Shown: positions 62,627-64,000 of the stretch, piece by piece
Numbering within the stretch: the first letter of the stretch is position 1
How the letters are laid out: the number at the start of each line of letters is the position of its first letter
Origin: Alphaproteobacteria bacterium
GTDB taxonomy: Bacteria > Pseudomonadota > Alphaproteobacteria > UBA828
Direction of reading: 5' to 3'
NCBI GenBank assembly: GCA_965220745.1
Contig: CBDCQT010000013.1
Location: 864,001 to 928,000, forward strand
Length of the DNA: 64,000 nucleotides
Notes under the pieces: model-generated
The model's input: the letters and a program-made list of their open reading frames with translations, nothing else
Databases searched by the model: none
What the model was told of the DNA's origin: nothing
Position numbers and translations under genes: made by a program

Positions 62627-64000
62627 TCAACTGTCTTCATCCTGCAACGGCAACACGCGAAGCGTCGCCGGGAGGCCCGGTGCCAAGGGACGCGTTGGCC
62701 GAAACGACACTGAAAACTCTGCGGCCCCGGCCTCGTGTTGGGGCGATGCACGTCTGAATCCCAAGTGGGGAGCGGCGAGCGGACCGTCAAGGTCGAACAA
62801 CGCGGGCAGTGAAGGCCGCGCCGGTGCTGGGAAGCTATCGGTCGTGAGTGGCATACCTGAGCTGCGAACCATTGCGCGGGCCTGAGCCAAGCCGTCGGTC
62901 CCGAGTCGGCGGACGACGAAGGGCCCAGCGGCGGCGGAGAGTTCCAGAGAGACGACGAATCGGTGGTCCCACAGTGTGCTCTCGCCCGGCGCGAGCGGGC
63001 AAACTTCCGAGGCGGCAGACGGTTCTCGGCATACGACGACCCGCCCATCTCGCTGCGGCACCACGCGGCATCCGCCGAGCGTCGCCGCCTTGGTGCCATC
63101 GTCGAGCAATCGGTGGGCGAGCCGCTCCAATCTTTCTTGCCGTGGCGGATAGGCGCTGCCGGAGACCGTAGTAACGACACAGCCCAACGCACGCACCGCC
63201 AGAGCAGACGGCGCCCGCCGCAAGACGCTCAGGTCCAGGATCACGAAGCCCGCCGGCGAGGGGCGCGCGCAGGTGGCCAGCAGGTCGGTGCAGAGCCGCT
63301 CCAGCGCGGCACGGTCGCTTGCAGCGCGAGTCGCGGCACTCGCCAACCGCGAAACGCTCAGCCCTTCGGACCCGAGGCGTGCCAATGCCGCTGCCAGGCG
63401 TGGGCGGGCATGACGGACGTCGCGGTTAGTCGGATCGTCAATCCAGGGCTGATTCCAACGAGCCAAGGTCGCGATCAGCGCGGCGCGTGACACGGGAAGC
63501 AGGGGTCGGAGCAAACGGACGCCTCCACCTGCCGGCTCCATCGCCAGGCGAACCGGTGCCATGCCTGCAAGTCCGTCGATACCGCTTCCACGGACGAACC
63601 GTTGTAGTGCGGTCTCCGCCTGATCCTCCCGCTGATGGCCGAGCAACAGGTGGAGAATGCCCACCCGCCGACACCAGCCGGTGAGCAGTGCAAGTCGCGC
63701 GGCCCGTGCCTGTTCTTGGATTGCCGAGAGAGGGGGAGCGCCCTTCCAGCGGAGCGCGTGGTGGGCAATGGCGCGGGCCTCGAGCCAGCGCCGCACCTGC
63801 GCGGATTCGGCGGCCGATTCAGAGCGCAAGCGGTGGTCGACGGTGAGCCCATATACCGTGCCGCTCCGTGACCGTGCCCAGCGATCGGCCAGCAAGCAAA
63901 GTGCGAGGCTGTCCGGACCACCGGAGACCGCCACCGCGATCCTCGGCATGGGCTCGAAGGGGCCGAGCGGCGCCATGAGCACCTCGAAAGCCGCCGCATC
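62627..64000 (-). CDS. tilS: tRNA(Ile)-lysidine synthetase, 5' end beyond the window
   Basis: AVSGGPDS PP-loop, VDH.LR, H..EDQAET, DPTN; frame stays open to the window edge. Confidence 0.93.
   Translation of the reverse strand, partial: DAAAFEVLMAPLGPFEPMPRIAVAVSGGPDSLALCLLADRWARSRSGTVYGLTVDHRLRSESAAESAQVRRWLEARAIAHHALRWKGAPPLSAIQEQARAARLALLTGWCRRVGILHLLLGHQREDQAETALQRFVRGSGIDGLAGMAPVRLAMEPAGGGVRLLRPLLPVSRAALIATLARWNQPWIDDPTNRDVRHARPRLAAALARLGSEGLSVSRLASAATRAASDRAALERLCTDLLATCARPSPAGFVILDLSVLRRAPSALAVRALGCVVTTVSGSAYPPRQERLERLAHRLLDDGTKAATLGGCRVVPQRDGRVVVCREPSAASEVCPLAPGESTLWDHRFVVSLELSAAAGPFVVRRLGTDGLAQARAMVRSSGMPLTTDSFPAPARPSLPALFDLDGPLAAPHLGFRRASPQHEAGAAEFSVSFRPTRPLAPGLPATLRVLPLQDEDS

Overview
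High-GC (about two-thirds G+C) bacterial window, most likely an alphaproteobacterium judging by secA/argJ/mutT, infA and the tilS-ftsH-folP-glmM-thiD order. Housekeeping blocks (33.5-39.8 kb and 57.2-64 kb) bracket a dense set of catabolic accessory genes. These include an orphan mesaconyl-CoA C1-C4 transferase (mct), an N,N-dimethylformamidase large subunit, pstS-phoB with a Pho box, modABC and a Mo-bisPGD oxidoreductase. A MarR-associated cluster (P450, glutamine-synthetase-like ligase, HpaD-like ring-cleavage dioxygenase, HpaE-like dehydrogenase, FAH, acetoacetate-decarboxylase family, RidA) has two divergent promoters sharing a 20-bp palindrome, and is followed by a two-ATPase sugar ABC importer. 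Downstream of tRNA-Pro(CGG) lie three complete molybdenum-hydroxylase (CoxMSL/XDH family) gene sets, interrupted by one low-GC orphan gene and followed by ada/ogt and a BrnT/BrnA toxin-antitoxin pair. The best candidates for an undescribed system are (i) two paralogous Mo-hydroxylase large subunits in which three normally conserved Gln-containing Moco motifs are replaced in the same way, and (ii) the P450/gamma-glutamyl ligase/meta-cleavage regulon. All assignments come from motif recognition by eye; no database search was run.
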